A stretch of 63,623 nucleotides of DNA, the filler included, from Dugesia japonica (taxonomy: Eukaryota), in the NCBI GenBank assembly GCA_001938525.1. It is 6 parts of 6 records of this genome, joined end to end, with 100 filler letters (N's around TTAATTAATTAA, not from the genome) between each part and the next. Parts side by side here need not be neighbours in the genome. Positions count along the whole stretch, not along the records: positions 36,290 to 45,227 come from MQRL01591799.1; positions 45,328 to 55,256 come from MQRL01630872.1; 4 more parts are not named here. The stretch is one strand, 5' to 3'. Below the pieces are notes generated by a model. That model did not search any database and was not told where the DNA came from. It saw only the letters and a list, made by a program, of their open reading frames with translations. The translations under genes were made by a program, and so were the position numbers. How positions within the stretch are numbered: position 1 is the stretch's first letter; every line of letters begins with the position of its first letter. Shown here piece by piece: positions 36,290 to 50,330 of this stretch.

Positions 36290-37610
36290 CTTTATGATCT
36301 GTTCTTAGGATAAATCACTTTCCATATAATTAATGTTGGAAATAAATACAAAAGTAGTAAATTGAGAGCAATTCTTTCCGCATAGTACAATATTCTTTTT
36401 CATGTCATTGTGTGTAACCCATATCCAATTACTCTTTCTTGCCCATTGTTGTCCTTTTGAGATAGTACTACATCAATAGTATCGAAACTCGCAACCGTGT
36501 CCAAAATAAATCCTCTATTTATGTCTGGAAAATATAATATTGGAGACATCATTAGTGCTTCTTTCATTTCATACTAAAACTTCTTCTTATTCATTCACCC
36601 ATTCAATTTTTTTGTTACCTGGTCCACTGTACAGTTGTTCAAGCAATCTAGCTTTTTTCGAATAATCTTTAATAACTTGTGATAGTAATTGCAAATTCCC
36701 AAAAAACTTCTCATCTTTTTAACGCATTTTGGTTTACTAAAGTTCTTAATTGCTTCTATTTTAGTTGGATCTGTTTTGACACCTTCTTTACTAATAACGT
36801 GTCCCAAACTTTTAATCTCCTTTCGCACGAATTAAGATTTCTTCGGATTAACTCTTAGAGCAGCTTTCTTAATTTCTGGTAATACTTTATTGATTATTTC
36901 ATAGTGTTGCTCTTTGGTTTCGGTAAATATGAGAATATCATCTAAGCAATCGCTGCTTTTATTTTTCCGACTACATTATTCATCATTTCCTGGAACGTAC
37001 CTGGTGCTGCTGCAATTCCAAAAGGCATTCTATCGAAACAAAATTGTCCTTTTTTGGTTGAAAAAGCCGTCTTTTCTTGAGACTCTTCACTGATTTCCAC
37101 TTGATAGTATGCATTTTTCAAGTTTTTTGAGCTAAAATACTGCTTATTTTCCAAGGCATCTAACATTTCATCCACATTTGGCATATGAAAAGCTTGCCTT
37201 TTTTTTATTGCATTGAGCGGTCTAAAGTCTAAGCATAATTGTATATCCTTTTTTTCCATTTTTTTAAAACGCAGATTAATGGCGTATTCCATTGCAAATT
37301 ACACTTACCGATGATACCATTATCATATAGATTCTTGATGGCCTCTTCAATATTCTCCTTTAGATTCATTGGTTGGTTTTATGTTGATTGGTCCTCCTTT
37401 AGTGATTATTCGATGCTTCGTTAAGTGTGTGCATCTAATGTCTCATTTATCCGCCATAAATATATCCTCTTTATTCTGAATAATCGCAGTCAATCTATGA
37501 TCTTTGTTAATTTCTAGAATCTCGATTCCATGTCTCAATTGTTCACCAGTTTGTACCTGCCTTCCAAATTTTGCCTCGATATTGCAAACAAATTTTTCTC
37601 GATGATTATT
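36290..37610 (-). mobile_element. Decayed gypsy RT-RNase H fragment
   Basis: LCLDFRPLN, AYYQVEISEESQEKTAF, RMPFGIAAAPGTFQ, LGHVISKEGVKTDP, RSFLGICNYY. Confidence 0.92.
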
Positions 37611-37638
37611 GATGTTTACCCTGATGTTTAAGATTCTG

Positions 37639-37639
<1 letters not shown>

Positions 37640-37703
<64 letters not shown>

Positions 37704-37821
37704 NNNNNNNNNNNNNNNNNNNNNNNNNNNNNNNNNNNNNNNNNNNNNNNNNNNNNNNNNNNNNNNNNNNNNNNNNNNNNNNNNNNNNNNNNNNNNNNNN
37801 NNNNNNNNNNNNNNNNNNNNN

Positions 37822-37882
<61 letters not shown>

Positions 37883-37890
37883 TAATAATA
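37640..37890. repeat. (AAT)n microsatellite spanning a gap
   Basis: Direct reading. Confidence 0.97.
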
Positions 37891-38689
37891 AAATTGTATT
37901 TTGTGTTTTGTTGACAGAACTATCCAAATATGTAAATGTGTTATTTATTTAAAAAAATTTGAAGTTAGCTGAAAAATTTGGATTATTTTTAGACTTAGTA
38001 ATTTTGTTTTTAAATCAAATAGAATTGTATAAAAATGTTTGTGAAAATATTATAAGTTCTCTTTGGCATTTAAAATGAAGATTTTACTGATAATCTTTTA
38101 AAAATAAGTAGAGTAGAAGAAATATCTTAAATAATATTTTTAAAAGTATGATAATGTAGATTACATTTATTGATGAAAACATTTGTAAAAGTCAAAAAAA
38201 AAAATGAAATTAACATTAAGTACATCAAAGATTGTGAATCTTATCATCTTCCAAGCCTTTCAATTTCCATATAATAGATTTACAGATTTAATCGATTTAA
38301 TTCTTAGCTTGATTTAATTATAAAAAAAAAATTATTGTAAATTCAAAATATAAAAATAATGAAAAAAAAAATTTATCTGCGTGATCGACAATTATTAAAG
38401 ACCACTTCAAATGGTATTAGAAATTCTAAAAATACATGCATCTACCAGTTCTTCAATCACCTACTGTGAAACTCAAATTCATCATGAAATTAGTATTTTA
38501 AAGAAAACATTAAAAAATAAAAAAATTAATTTTGTTCATTTAACTGATATTTTTTTNAAAAAATGTACAGAATTATTATGCGGATATTCATTGAAATATC
38601 GGAGATAAACAAATTGTAATCATATAATTACAGACCTAATACCCATTAATTATAGAAATTATTTGTAAAATATTAATTTTATCCTTATT

Positions 38690-38720
38690 ATTATTCTTAG
38701 TATTATTATTATTAGTATTA

Positions 38721-38770
<50 letters not shown>

Positions 38771-38925
38771 NNNNNNNNNNNNNNNNNNNNNNNNNNNNNN
38801 NNNNNNNNNNNNNNNNNNNNTATTATTATTATTATTATTATTATTATGATTATTATGATTATTATTATTATTAATATTATTATTATTATTATTACTATTA
38901 TTATTATTATTATATTATCATTATA
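38690..38925. repeat. (ATT)n microsatellite spanning a gap
   Basis: Direct reading. Confidence 0.95.
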
Positions 38926-39036
38926 TAGTATTAATTATTTATTACTGTAATTTATTATAATTATTATTTTTAATATTATATTTTAATTATTAAGTAATAT
39001 TTATTTAAAATTACGTTAAATTATTTTTATTTTTAG

Positions 39037-39113
39037 GAAAAAATATTTGGATATTGTTTTTCCAATATGGGGAGAATTATTCACAATGGTGGAACTGTAG
39101 AAATACCAATTAA
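39037..39113 (+). CDS. Possible isolated host exon
   Basis: ttttattttttag| 77 nt (EKIFGYCFSNMGRIIHNGGTVEIPI) |gtatat; no homology recognised. Confidence 0.3.
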
Positions 39114-39369
39114 GTATATATTTAATTAATTAATTACTTTATTATCAACTGTTATTTCTTTGTGTGTTTGGAAATTTTCAGAAAAATTAAAATCAGTAAC
39201 CAAAACATCCCATAATTTGGGAATTTTTCTTTGCAGATGTTTCTACATCTATATTGGGTGCTGATGTTTTCACGTATCACGATCTTAATATAAACTGCAA
39301 TAGAAGAAGTACATCATTATTATCTTTGGCTGTACTATACCTAAACATTCTGTACAGTATGAAATAATA

Positions 39370-39859
39370 TATAAGTATAATATACACATAAATTTTAACA
39401 CAAAAGATAATCCAGTTGCACAGAAGTCTAGACGATTATTTGGAGAAAGTTTTGATGTAATACAAAGGGAATTCGATCGTCTTCTGAAAGTTGGAATAAT
39501 TGTCTCTAGAAACCACAAGTGGGCATCGCCATTGGTTGTCGTTAAAAAACAAGATGGGTCGTGGATGCCTTGTTGGGATTACAGACAAATTAAATGAACA
39601 AACCATACCAAACAAACAGCCTTTAACTAGAATCCAAGATCTATTGGATAATATTAGGGGCTCACCATTTTCAGCAAAGTAGACCTTCAAAAAGCATTTC
39701 ACCAGATACCGATAGCAAAAAAGGACATTCATAAAACTGTGGTTATTACTCTATTGGGTTTATATGAATACTGCAAAATGCTATTTGGATTGAAGAGCTG
39801 CTCAGCTATTTTTGAAAGATTTATGGATATAATTCTGAGAGAATATGATAACTTTGAGA
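39370..39859 (+). mobile_element. Decayed gypsy RT fragment (different family)
   Basis: WASPLVVVKKQDGSW, DYRQ, SKVDLQKAFHQIPI, GLYEYCKMLFGLK. Confidence 0.88.
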
Positions 39860-40099
39860 NNNNNNNNNNNNNNNNNNNNNNNNNNNNNNNNNNNNNNNNN
39901 NNNNNNNNNNNNNNNNNNNNNNNNNNNNNNNNNNNNNNNNNNNNNNNNNNNNNNNNNNNNNNNNNNNNNNNNNNNNNNNNNNNNNNNNNNNNNNNNNNNN
40001 NNNNNNNNNNNNNNNNNNNNNNNNNNNNNNNNNNNNNNNNNNNNNNNNNNNNATGTTAAAATCTTTATAAAAATCTTTCAAAAGATTTTGAAATTTGGG

Positions 40100-40800
40100 A
40101 TGTTCACCTGGATTACATAAAGATTTGATTTAAAAATTTTAAATTTTCATATTATTTCAACAACATAGGCTGTTCATCCGAATGTTTGTTAAAACACAAA
40201 CTGACCAAACTGAGGAAATTCCCGATAAAAAATAAGCCAAAAGTATCTTAAATTAGCCAAAAAAAGCCAAAAACATATCTAAACTGACCAGTCCGAGGAA
40301 ATTCATGACCAAATCATCCTAAAATTTCCACAAATTCGAGAAACCGATAAACTAATTGGCCGAATGACCCAAAAATCATTCAAACGTCGACCAACCCGAG
40401 GAAAAATTTCACTAAATCATTCAAAAATTATCCAAACTGACCAGTCCCAGAAGATTCTGGAAGAAAACAAACCAAAAGTATCTAAAATCACAAAAAAACA
40501 AGTGAAAAGTCCTCAAAACCTGACCAGCTCTAGAGAATGTCTTAACAAATAACTCAACAAGAAATAATTGACCAAATCAAACAAAAATGACACAAAACTG
40601 CCCATAATAGACTTCATTCAACCAAAAAACAAATTATTAACCAATTTCACCTAAAAATCCTCCAAAATTTACCAAATTCGACCACCTCGTAGAGAATTGT
40701 GACCGAATCGTCTAAAACCGAGGAAAAATTGGAGCAATTTGACAATCTCGTGGAAAATAAAATTGGTCTGTTCACCCGTATTCTATAAAAAATCCCATAA
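40100..40800. repeat. Degenerate ~55-bp tandem array (AAACTGACCA..GAGGAAATT)
   Basis: Recurrent subunits; related to 8090-8420. Confidence 0.6.
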
Positions 40801-42924
40801 AAAATTTTACCAACTAAATACACAGGAAAAAATAGTCTTTCTTACTTAATATTACTTAATGTGATATCATTTTTAAATTCTCAATTAAAAACACAGAGAT
40901 TAAGTTTCACTACATCACTATTCCTGGAGAGTTGTTTGTGTGCAGAGGTTGTCCGTTATATTATATTGTTCAAATTTTTTGAAATTTTTAATCTATAATA
41001 AATTTTCAANNNNNNNNNNNNNNNNNNNNNNNNNNNGTTTTGATGTTTAAAACTTTAATTTTGAGGATTTCTTTCAAAATGTATTTTTATTCTCATTTTT
41101 TAAATTATTTGCTTTCATAATTTACTTTGTTCTTTTAAAAAATAATTTTAATTGAAAGATTTAAAATTTTCATTAAAATTTTTAAAATTATCTCAATTGA
41201 AATCAACAATTTTTGAATTACTTTTGTTGGTCATTTTCTAAACTATTTATTTTCATTAATTGGCCAATTAAACAAATTCAATTTCGAGATTAGAAATAAA
41301 CAGGATGTTTTATAAGTTTCTCCTTAATTAAATTTGTCAACAACTCACATAAAACAAAAAGTACGGAAAAATAATGACACGTTTTATGTAATGTATTTAG
41401 TAAAATTGTCAGGATTTTCCTTCAGATTTCACATATTTCTTCNNNNNNNNNNNNNNNNNNNNNNNNNNNNNNNNNNNNNNNNNNNNNNNNNNNNNNNNNN
41501 NNNNNNNNNNNNNNNNNNNNNNNNNNNNNNNNNNNNAATCTTGTAAGGAAAGCAATGGAACTCTTCTTTTAAAATAGTAGAATAAATTTAGATATCGAAA
41601 ATGCCACTAATGTTAGTTGTTCATAGAAGCCGATTTGATCATTAAATAACATTTTCTATATTCTATAGAGTAACAGTAAAATTTAACTAATAATGTTGTT
41701 TTCATTAAATAAGGAGAATGACTAGATAACAGATAAATGGAAAATATATTGAGAAGATAAAGTAAAACATTTGGAACTTATCTATAACATCTCAATTCAA
41801 TAGAAATAAAAACAAAATTACAAAATCTATTTGAAAATTGAAAATAAAATTCACGCCTGAAAATGGTTCTAATAATCGTAGAATGATAAAATAAGATTTA
41901 GATATGAACTCTTCAAAGGAATTTGATCAAATTAATTATAGATATTTAATAAAAAGGTCGAAAAGAATTAGAATATTCTTTTGTATACCAGTCAAATAAG
42001 ATCATATAAAGTGAAACCAAAGCAAAGGATAAAGATAATCATTCAATTTTTGAAAGTTTGTCAACGATTCTTTTTAAAAAATATGTTTAGAAACCGTTGA
42101 GCAGTGGTTTCCAAACTTGCTATGCCTCCCATTAAAAAAATCTAATCTTGGCGCCTTTCTCCTTTATTTTGTTAGATAACTTGTTTTTACATGGTGAAAG
42201 ATGTATTTAAAAAAGTACAGAATGAAAAAGTACAAATAAATGAAGCACTGATTCAGGAGAAGGGAAATCTTCTTGTCTTATAAGCATTGTATTAATTAAT
42301 TTAATTAATTAAAATTTATTGTATTGTATTAATTAATGTTGCATCGAATTGTGCTAATATTGTTGTTAGGAGAAACATTCGTCGATATTTGTTTATTAAA
42401 ATCAGAACAACCTAGTAAATCCTAATTAAAATTTATTCAAGTCCAATATTATTATCAATAAAAAAACCAAATAAGGTTTGGTTTAAAATTATTTAAACAA
42501 TTGAAAATCTTTATTTTAATTTAAATGTTCTGTTCTTTCTTGTAAGAAAATTTCCAACCTTCCCATAATAGTATCAGTTAATATTGAATTAGTCACATTT
42601 TGCGTGAAACCTTACGCTACCTATAATTTAATTTGCATTCTGATCTATTTCCAAATTTGAATTTTAATCAATAATAATAAGTTAAGTATATCATTAATCG
42701 ATACAGTCATAGATTCACACGTACTCATACATTATTCAACATGTGAATGGCAATAATACTTTATAAATTGAAATACAAGTCAATATTGTAGCAATTGTAA
42801 TTCTTTATATAAATTAAGATAGGATTTTAATTGCCTAATTTAATAATATTTTTGTAGAGTAGAAGGTAATGAACCAAACAACGCAAAGAATAAACCAATA
42901 TTTATCGGTAAGATTATTCTTCAT

Positions 42925-42978
42925 AATANNNNNNNNNNNNNNNNNNNNNNNNNNNNNNNNNNNNNNNNNNNNNNNNNN

Positions 42979-43041
<63 letters not shown>

Positions 43042-43045
43042 TATA
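42925..43045. repeat. (AAT)n microsatellite
   Basis: Direct reading. Confidence 0.95.
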
Positions 43046-43390
43046 ATAGTGAGGAAATGAATAATTAAGAAAAGTTTGTATTGTTTTAATTGTTGGATTT
43101 ATGTTTCAACAAGTTTCCGAATTTAGAAAGTGGAAAATTCAAATTAGCAGCATTTAATTTTATTCAATCATTACATTTTTTATCATCTGTAAATTAATAT
43201 GAGTTAATATGAGAAATTAAATAGACTTTATGCATATAATATGTGAAATTAAATGGAAATAAAAATTGGATAATTAATTTATAATACATTTTTTATTTTA
43301 TCTTTATCTTAAATATTGGTTTTAAAGTGTCTTTTAAGCAACTAATAATTTTATTAACTTCAATAAATAATTTTTAGGGAATATTTTTTT

Positions 43391-44480
43391 TACTCTGCTG
43401 TCCGAAAAGTTCTTGGCTTATTTAAGAAAGAAAAATAAAATCATAGAAACCTATTTATTTTATTCAACGTAAAATTCTTGTAGCTCAATGCAACGATTCT
43501 AGCGATTTTCAAGTTTCTTGATGCCTTCTAAAAAAATTCTTTGACTGTAACTCTCTATTATGCTTCTATTTCTTGTTTCTCTTCCTCATTGGAATTGAAT
43601 GTCTTGCCAGAAAGAAATCCTTTGAAATTAGAGAATACAAAGAAGTCACAGGTTGCCAAATGCGGAGAATATGGAAATTGAGAAAGTATTTTGAAGTTGA
43701 ATTTGTGTAATTTTGCTTAAGCAATAATCGATCTGTGAGAGCTTTTGTTGTCATGATGAAATATCACTTTTGTTTTGTTAAATGTGGTAAGCTGCTCTTG
43801 TTTTCATTTTTCAAACTATCAAGCAACGCTACTCAATGAGGACATGTTATAGTTTTTCCTTTCTCAAGGTAGTCTATAAATAATATATCTTTGGCATCTC
43901 AGAAAATCGTTGCCATAACCTTGATTTCTTTGGTGCACTTTCTCAAAGTAAAATACACTGTTGCGATAGTTGAGTTGACTCTGGAGTGCAATCCATGTTT
44001 CATAGTAGGTGATGTATCGACACAAAAATTAGTTTGGAGTTTTTTNNNNNNNNNNNNNNNNNNNNNNNNNNNNNNNNNNNNNNNNNNNNNNNNNNNNNNN
44101 NNNNNNNNNNNNNNNNNNNNNNNNTTTGTCATATTATGTGTATTATACGCAATGTACTATCTTTTGATATTTTAACAATCTCCTTGACCTGTCGTACCTA
44201 CACTTTTCGAACTTCCATTATCCTTTTGTGTGTTATCCTGGTATTTTAATTAGTTGTTGCCTCAATTAGATTACCACTACAACAACCATCTTCAGTGCAT
44301 GTGCAACCACGTTTGAATTCCGAAAACCAATTTTTAATGGTGGGATACAATGTTACTAATTCACTATAATGCTTCTCCAATTTTGATTTCGGTTTGTGCA
44401 GCGTTTTTCCGTTGATAAATTAATTCTTGATTACTATCTGAAATTCATATTTTCCAATTTTTAAAAATGCTATTATTACA
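43391..44480 (-). mobile_element. Decayed mariner transposon
   Basis: PYSPHLATCDFFVF (YSPDLAPxD motif), FHHDN, ITYYETWI, C-terminal NRCIELQEFYVE; TA at the terminus. Confidence 0.85.
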
Positions 44481-44879
44481 AATAATCAATAATAATTTTG
44501 TTTATTAAACATTGAAATATTTGTAAATTCAAATAAAGAAAAACAAATTAATAAATGTAATAATTGATAAACGTTTTATGGATAAGTTTGAGAATATTGT
44601 TTCTTTAACTAATTTTGATAATAACTAATAGGAATGATTATATATTATGGGTACAGATAAATAATGCAGATTTAGTTTATAATCAATTAACTAAAATATG
44701 GTTATGAGGAAATATTTATTATTTAATAATTTGAGCCAAAATAAATTGAGTTAATTAGGGATAAAGATTTTTAAGCTACTATTCAATTATCGTTTCTCTT
44801 ATTAAATTTAGAGTTGGAGTAGAAAAAAAAATAATGTCTAAAAATATTACTTCTGATTTGAATAACCAATTACCAATTG

Positions 44880-45227
44880 AAGATTTATCTAACATGGTAG
44901 CAGCGGTAAATACTAAATTNTATTACAGAGACGTTATCGCCAAAACTGCTCTGCAGAGGAGATGATATTGAGAAATTTATCAAAAGGTGTGAATTGTATT
45001 TTACAGCCAAAAACATCACCCATGTAAAACAACAGGAGAGATTAGTCTATTGTTTGTTATGTGAAGATTTGTTGGGTAAATATGCCAAGACGTTTAAAAA
45101 GGTTGAAAGTTTTTAGGCTCGTTTACGTATGGCATTTGAGAAAGAGAAAGATATTATCAAAGATTTAAATATTTTGATTAACTACAGGCGTGGGAATGAA
45201 GAGATTCAAGTTTATTTTAAAAATGTA
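44880..45227 (+). mobile_element. gypsy 5' end: LTR terminus, tRNA-Leu PBS and decayed gag
   Basis: TCTAACA|TGGTAGCAGCGGT at 44895-44907; AFEKEKDIIKDLNILINYRR resembles TFSKERDVVKDLQKMLEYKR at ~30420. Confidence 0.7.
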
Positions 45228-45677
45228 NNNNNNNNNNNNNNNNNNNNNNNNNNNNNNNNNNNNNNNNNNNNTTAATTAATTAANNNNNNNNNNNNNNNNN
45301 NNNNNNNNNNNNNNNNNNNNNNNNNNNTTCCGTTGAAGTTAAACTCAGCTTTATAGTTGTAGATATCGTTCCTGAAATATGCGTTCAGATTTAGTTAAGA
45401 ACAGGATTGCAGACAGCTCAAAACAGACACATATCGTATCGAATGCTAAATGTATCAAATGCAAAAGCACTGGTGGTTGAGGATACACTTCAGACACCAC
45501 TGGGAGAGTTTACGACGCTCCCGGTGCATACCAGCTAATCATGATGGTGCCGAGGGAGCCTCGTTTGTCTCCGTCCCAACAATTTAAAACTTTGCTTCCC
45601 CCTAAAATTAATTCTGCGGTCGCCCATAGCTTTGTACGAATAATTTTAAATTGAAAAATTAATTATGTAAAATATAC

Positions 45678-46102
45678 TTTTTTCTTATATTATCGGTTAT
45701 ATCCGTCTCATCAGGAATCCATCCATACCTATCGCCAATAAGACCCAAAAAGAAATTCATATCATTACATTCATGTCTGCCTTTCTCGATTTCATCAAAA
45801 CAAATCATAAGTGTTTGTTCTCCAGTCGAATCGGCTGGAATACCCCATCGTAAGTCACATTCAACTAAATGTAATCCGTGATTTGCGCACCATTCACGTA
45901 ATCTTGGAAAGACTTTTGTTACTAGAATATTTCTTTCATTATGAAAATCTCGAAAAGTTGATGAAATAAAAATTCTAACAGTCTTTTGTTTATAATTAAT
46001 ATTCTCTTGTGAATTTTCACTGAGTCTAGTTTCTTTAGCTTTCTTGTATTCAAAAGAAAGAGAATTCATTATCGACCCATTAAGATTTAGAGATGACAAC
46101 AT
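45678..46102 (-). CDS. Host exon encoding a DUF4062 domain (TEP1/NWD/TPR-NACHT-type protein N-terminus)
   Basis: KTVRIFISSTFRDFHNERNIL..FPRLREWC..ECDLRWGI..FFLGLIGDRYGWIP; intact frame; donor AA|gtatat at 45677. Confidence 0.88.
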
Positions 46103-46995
46103 TGATTGATTCTTTAATTTAAAACTAATTTAAAATAAGAAATGGTTAAAATGTCAAATTTTATTCAGATTTTCGACAAAATGTACTCTGATATAACAGC
46201 ATGTTAACAATGGAATTTGTTCCGTCATTAAGTACCAAATTGATATCTTTGTAACACATTGGAGTGCTTATAGATTATAGTTGGTTATAAAAGTAATTAA
46301 TGTTGGAATTTTTCTTATCTTGGTCTTAGTTAATTTAATCACATAAAAATTTGATTTAATATGAACTATTAGCAATATCCAAAAATTATGCATAACAGTA
46401 AATATTGGGTAAATAAGAGAAAATTAAACCACATTAATTCCAACGCTTCATCATATTTTCTCTATTCTGACACTACTTCCAGATCAAATACTTAAAAAGT
46501 TTATTAAAGATTTTCTAAAATTAAAATTTTTTATTTTAAAATAAACCAACTTTAAAAATATTATAAGAACGACATGCTAATTTTATAAAATCATGTGATG
46601 AGGCAGACACTCCAAAACTGACAATCAAGGAGAAATTGATGAGTAGGTCAACAAAAGGAAAATCAGATGAATAACCGGGATTAGATGTATAAAAAAAGAG
46701 TAATCTAAGGAGTATCTACGTACAAATGGAAGTCAACTGAGAACAACTATTAATAGACGGGAGTGAAGAAAGTAAGAATAGAGGAAAGATACAGATATAC
46801 AGATGAAAAAGGGCAAGCTAAGAACGGGAACAAAAACTGAGAGAATATAACAAAGGATAAAAACGACAGAATGAGCATATAAAGAAACAGCAAGTAAGGA
46901 ATATACACAATAATTCATTGAATAAAACTAAGAACGAAAATGCTGAACTAATTTAATTATTAGTAACAGAAGAAATAAATATGAATTATTTACGA

Positions 46996-47187
46996 CAGCG
47001 GTTCCAAAACTTTTCAAATCAGGGTACACTTCGCCAAAATAATAATTCTGGAGGAAAATCTTTTTTTCTAAACGGGATAAAATTTTTTATTTCTCCAAAT
47101 AATTGGTATTTATTATTTTTTTAAAGAACACTTTTTGATCTTCAACAGAACACTGATGTTCCGAGAAACATTATTTGAAAACCACTG
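46996..47187. mobile_element. hAT MITE
   Basis: TIRs CAGCGGTTCCAAAA / TTTGAAAACCACTG; flanks ATTTACGA / GTTTATGA. Confidence 0.75.
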
Positions 47188-49829
47188 GTTTATGAAATGG
47201 AAAGCTATTTTTATATTTAGTTAAGAATAATAGATTATAATCCAATTAATAAATTAAATAAGAAGAAAATAAATAAAATAAATAACTTTTATAAAATAAG
47301 ATAAATCATTCAAATTAAAATNATTTATTATAAAAACAGAATAAATTCAATAAGAAAATTAAAACAGAAGGAAAGGACAGTTTTCCTTTTATGAAAAATT
47401 TTCAAATAAAAATATTATGAATAGAACAAATTCGTGGATTCCAACAATCCAAGCTAAAAAGTTTTAGCTCAACTAGAAAGAAAGTTACAGTGGTTTTAAC
47501 GACTGCCAATTGGATTCCATCAATTTGAATTTCATTCAAATCCCACGAATTAAACAATCGTTACACTTGCAAAGCTACCAACATAGTCTTCCATCTTGGC
47601 TTGTATCCTGAAATAAAAAAGTAAATTAAAGCTATCTGCGGCCTTAGATCTACAATTTTAAATGCTTATCTTTATATTTTTCTGCGTTTAGATGGACATG
47701 AATTAATTTCTATTTGATTAGATAATGCCAATCAAATTATTGTCCTCCCATTCAAGAATTTCGACAACGAGAACAATGAGACCAGCACAGAAACAAATGA
47801 AGTCAATTAACGAATCTTGAAAATACTCTCAACTCAAGTTGGCGAGAAAATATCTCTACTTTTGAATTGGTAAAATCCCAAACAACATCTCCCACCTCGA
47901 GAAAGAATGCAAGATAAACATCAGATTTATCATCAATGAAAACAGAATATACCGCAAGGTAAACTCCAAATTTTCAAACAAACTGTTCACAAAACTACAC
48001 AAAAAGGTTAACTGTTACCAACTACACTATCTTTCGCACATGAATTAATTTCTAGTTCTTCCGGACAAATCAGGGAAGATCAATGACCAACGGTAATATA
48101 AAAAGAATCTTTATCCTAATAAATTTCTTCTGGGGAAGTAATTATTGCTTAATTGATATTCATCCATACACAAACACTTTTCGGTGAAAAGCAAATTTAA
48201 AAAAATGTAAGCATAAAAATTTTCATGTCATTCTACTATTAAAATTCAAAGCCATCTGCTGTGCCATTATCCATGCAACAAAGTTCTGATCACAAAAAGC
48301 ACAATAGAATCTTAGAAATTCTGTTCACAGCTATCCATTTTCAATATTCTTACAGAAATAATTTCAAAGATAAATGCTGGACTTAATCAGCTATATAATT
48401 AAAAATCGATCTTTAAATCGACTTAATGTCAAAAAATCAATTTTGTCTTGTCGACGTAAAGATTTCATACGATAAACTTCAATTCTAAAACTTACAAACA
48501 AACTGAATCTGGAAAAACATTAAGTTCTTTGCAAAGATTTCAAAGCAAGATTTCTCAATACAAAATTATACTAAAATCTTCATAGTTGGCTTTCTAGGTG
48601 CCTGAATAAAATCTAGGCCTCAATAAGAAACAAATCCACTCCATAAAAATCCAATTTATAAAATCAAACATTAGATGTAACTCGCTAAGATGGAGATCGT
48701 ACAACACCAGCGTTACTTTAGATAAACTCNNNNNNNNNNNNNNNNNNNNNNNNNNNNNNNNNNTCATGAAATAGCGAAACGATTACTTTAACTTAAATCC
48801 TCCTTATCATTCATTTGACTCCGATGAAAACATCAGCAGCAAGTTAATGTCAACAAACAAATCTCCAGATTAAGATGAATGATATCGGACCTGTAAAAAG
48901 AACACTATTTTGTATTGTAAATATTTTTTATTTAATTCCACAATCTCTTTTGCTATTTTGCTTTCTCATCTTTCATTTTTGATCAAAAAGCGCTCTAGTC
49001 TACCGATAGACCAATTTGTAAATCATTGAAATATTAAAATAAATTTTTTGTGCATAGTTATACAAGTTACTGTAGTCAAAAGGGCAGCCGAGTGGAAACG
49101 CCACGCCATATAACTTAAACTCTTGTAACTAAATAGTGCTTGTATATTATTATTATAATACTTGGTGATCTAACATATTTTAGGTACTACTCAATACTAC
49201 CGAACGAGGCTGACTATGATACAAATTCACGAGAACCAAGACGACATAATGTGCGTATGGAAGTTACAATAGAAAAATAGAGAAGCTATAATCTTCACGC
49301 GTACTGCACCACATTGGTACAGTATGATTTATGTGCTTATACGAATCCTTGTGAATGATATCGTATAGCATTGTATGGCAAAATGCTGTTGTTTAAAATA
49401 GTGTAGTTGAAATCATTGTAATTAAAACCTTAACAAACCTTTTAAACCCTGATTGAATATCTTTTATTTCTTTAAAACAATTAACCATTGTACACCCGTT
49501 TTTTGAGAAATCGACCAAATCGTATCGATTTTTTTATTGCATTTTAATTATCCATGGATTATTTAAAAACATATTAATCTTTTTATTAATTATGTATTGT
49601 AAAACAATTAAAAACAAAAATTTTAAAAATGAACAAAATACGATAATTTAAAAGTATAGGGAATTAAATAATTGTTAAAAGTGTTGTTTATTTATAGCAA
49701 TATTGAATAATGACTCTAAAGATGCAATACAATGCAGACCAATTCCTTTGATTTTTAATTACTCTGAAGAAAGAAAATATTTTTATGTTAATATTTAAAA
49801 TAATAAAATTACTATTGGAATTATTACCT

Positions 49830-50330
49830 ATTTTTCTGTATGGCGGAGACCAAAAAAAGTTTCAGCACATAATGCTACATTGTATTTAAGGCAATAATAT
49901 TTGGTCAATTGCCATTTCTTTGTTCCAGTGACGAGTATTTTTGGCACATACACAGCACGCCTTCCATAGAAATGTCTACTTTTCGGTGAATGCTATATAA
50001 ACTGGATGATCTTCTTGTGCCTATTTTTGTTTTCTTTCAAGTAATGGCCTTCCATGGGGCATATATTCAATATTTGAAAATTCTTTTATTTANNNNNNNN
50101 NCTATTAGCTCCATCTGATAATAAAAATTTGTCAAAGAACCACCATTTTTTGTGTAATACAAATGAGTTTGAAAGAAATAGTTAGAAAAGATGGAAAAAT
50201 CTTTATAATATTTTCTGGGTACTAGAGAATCTGTCATATGTTGGTCAACTCGATCTACATCTTATTGTTCCGTTATAATCTACAACAACAATTAATCTTT
50301 TTGAACTTTTTTCATTTCGTTTTTGTGTAT
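49830..50330 (-). mobile_element. Decayed piggyBac transposase C-terminus
   Basis: VVDYN..DVDRVDQ; Cys-rich domain RRACCVC..TKYYCLKYNVALCAETFF..H across frameshifts. Confidence 0.7.

Noticed and set aside
37609-37927. Poly-Ile / poly-Leu ORFs (also 42869-43060)
   Set aside because: Translations of (AAT)n microsatellites and Ns
35642-46102. DUF4062 and helicase exons as one fused gene (same strand)
   Set aside because: Separated by two synthetic spacers; no linking exons seen
46594-46968. Possible solo LTR (TGTGAT...GTAACA)
   Set aside because: Weak terminal match, no TSD, no second copy in the window
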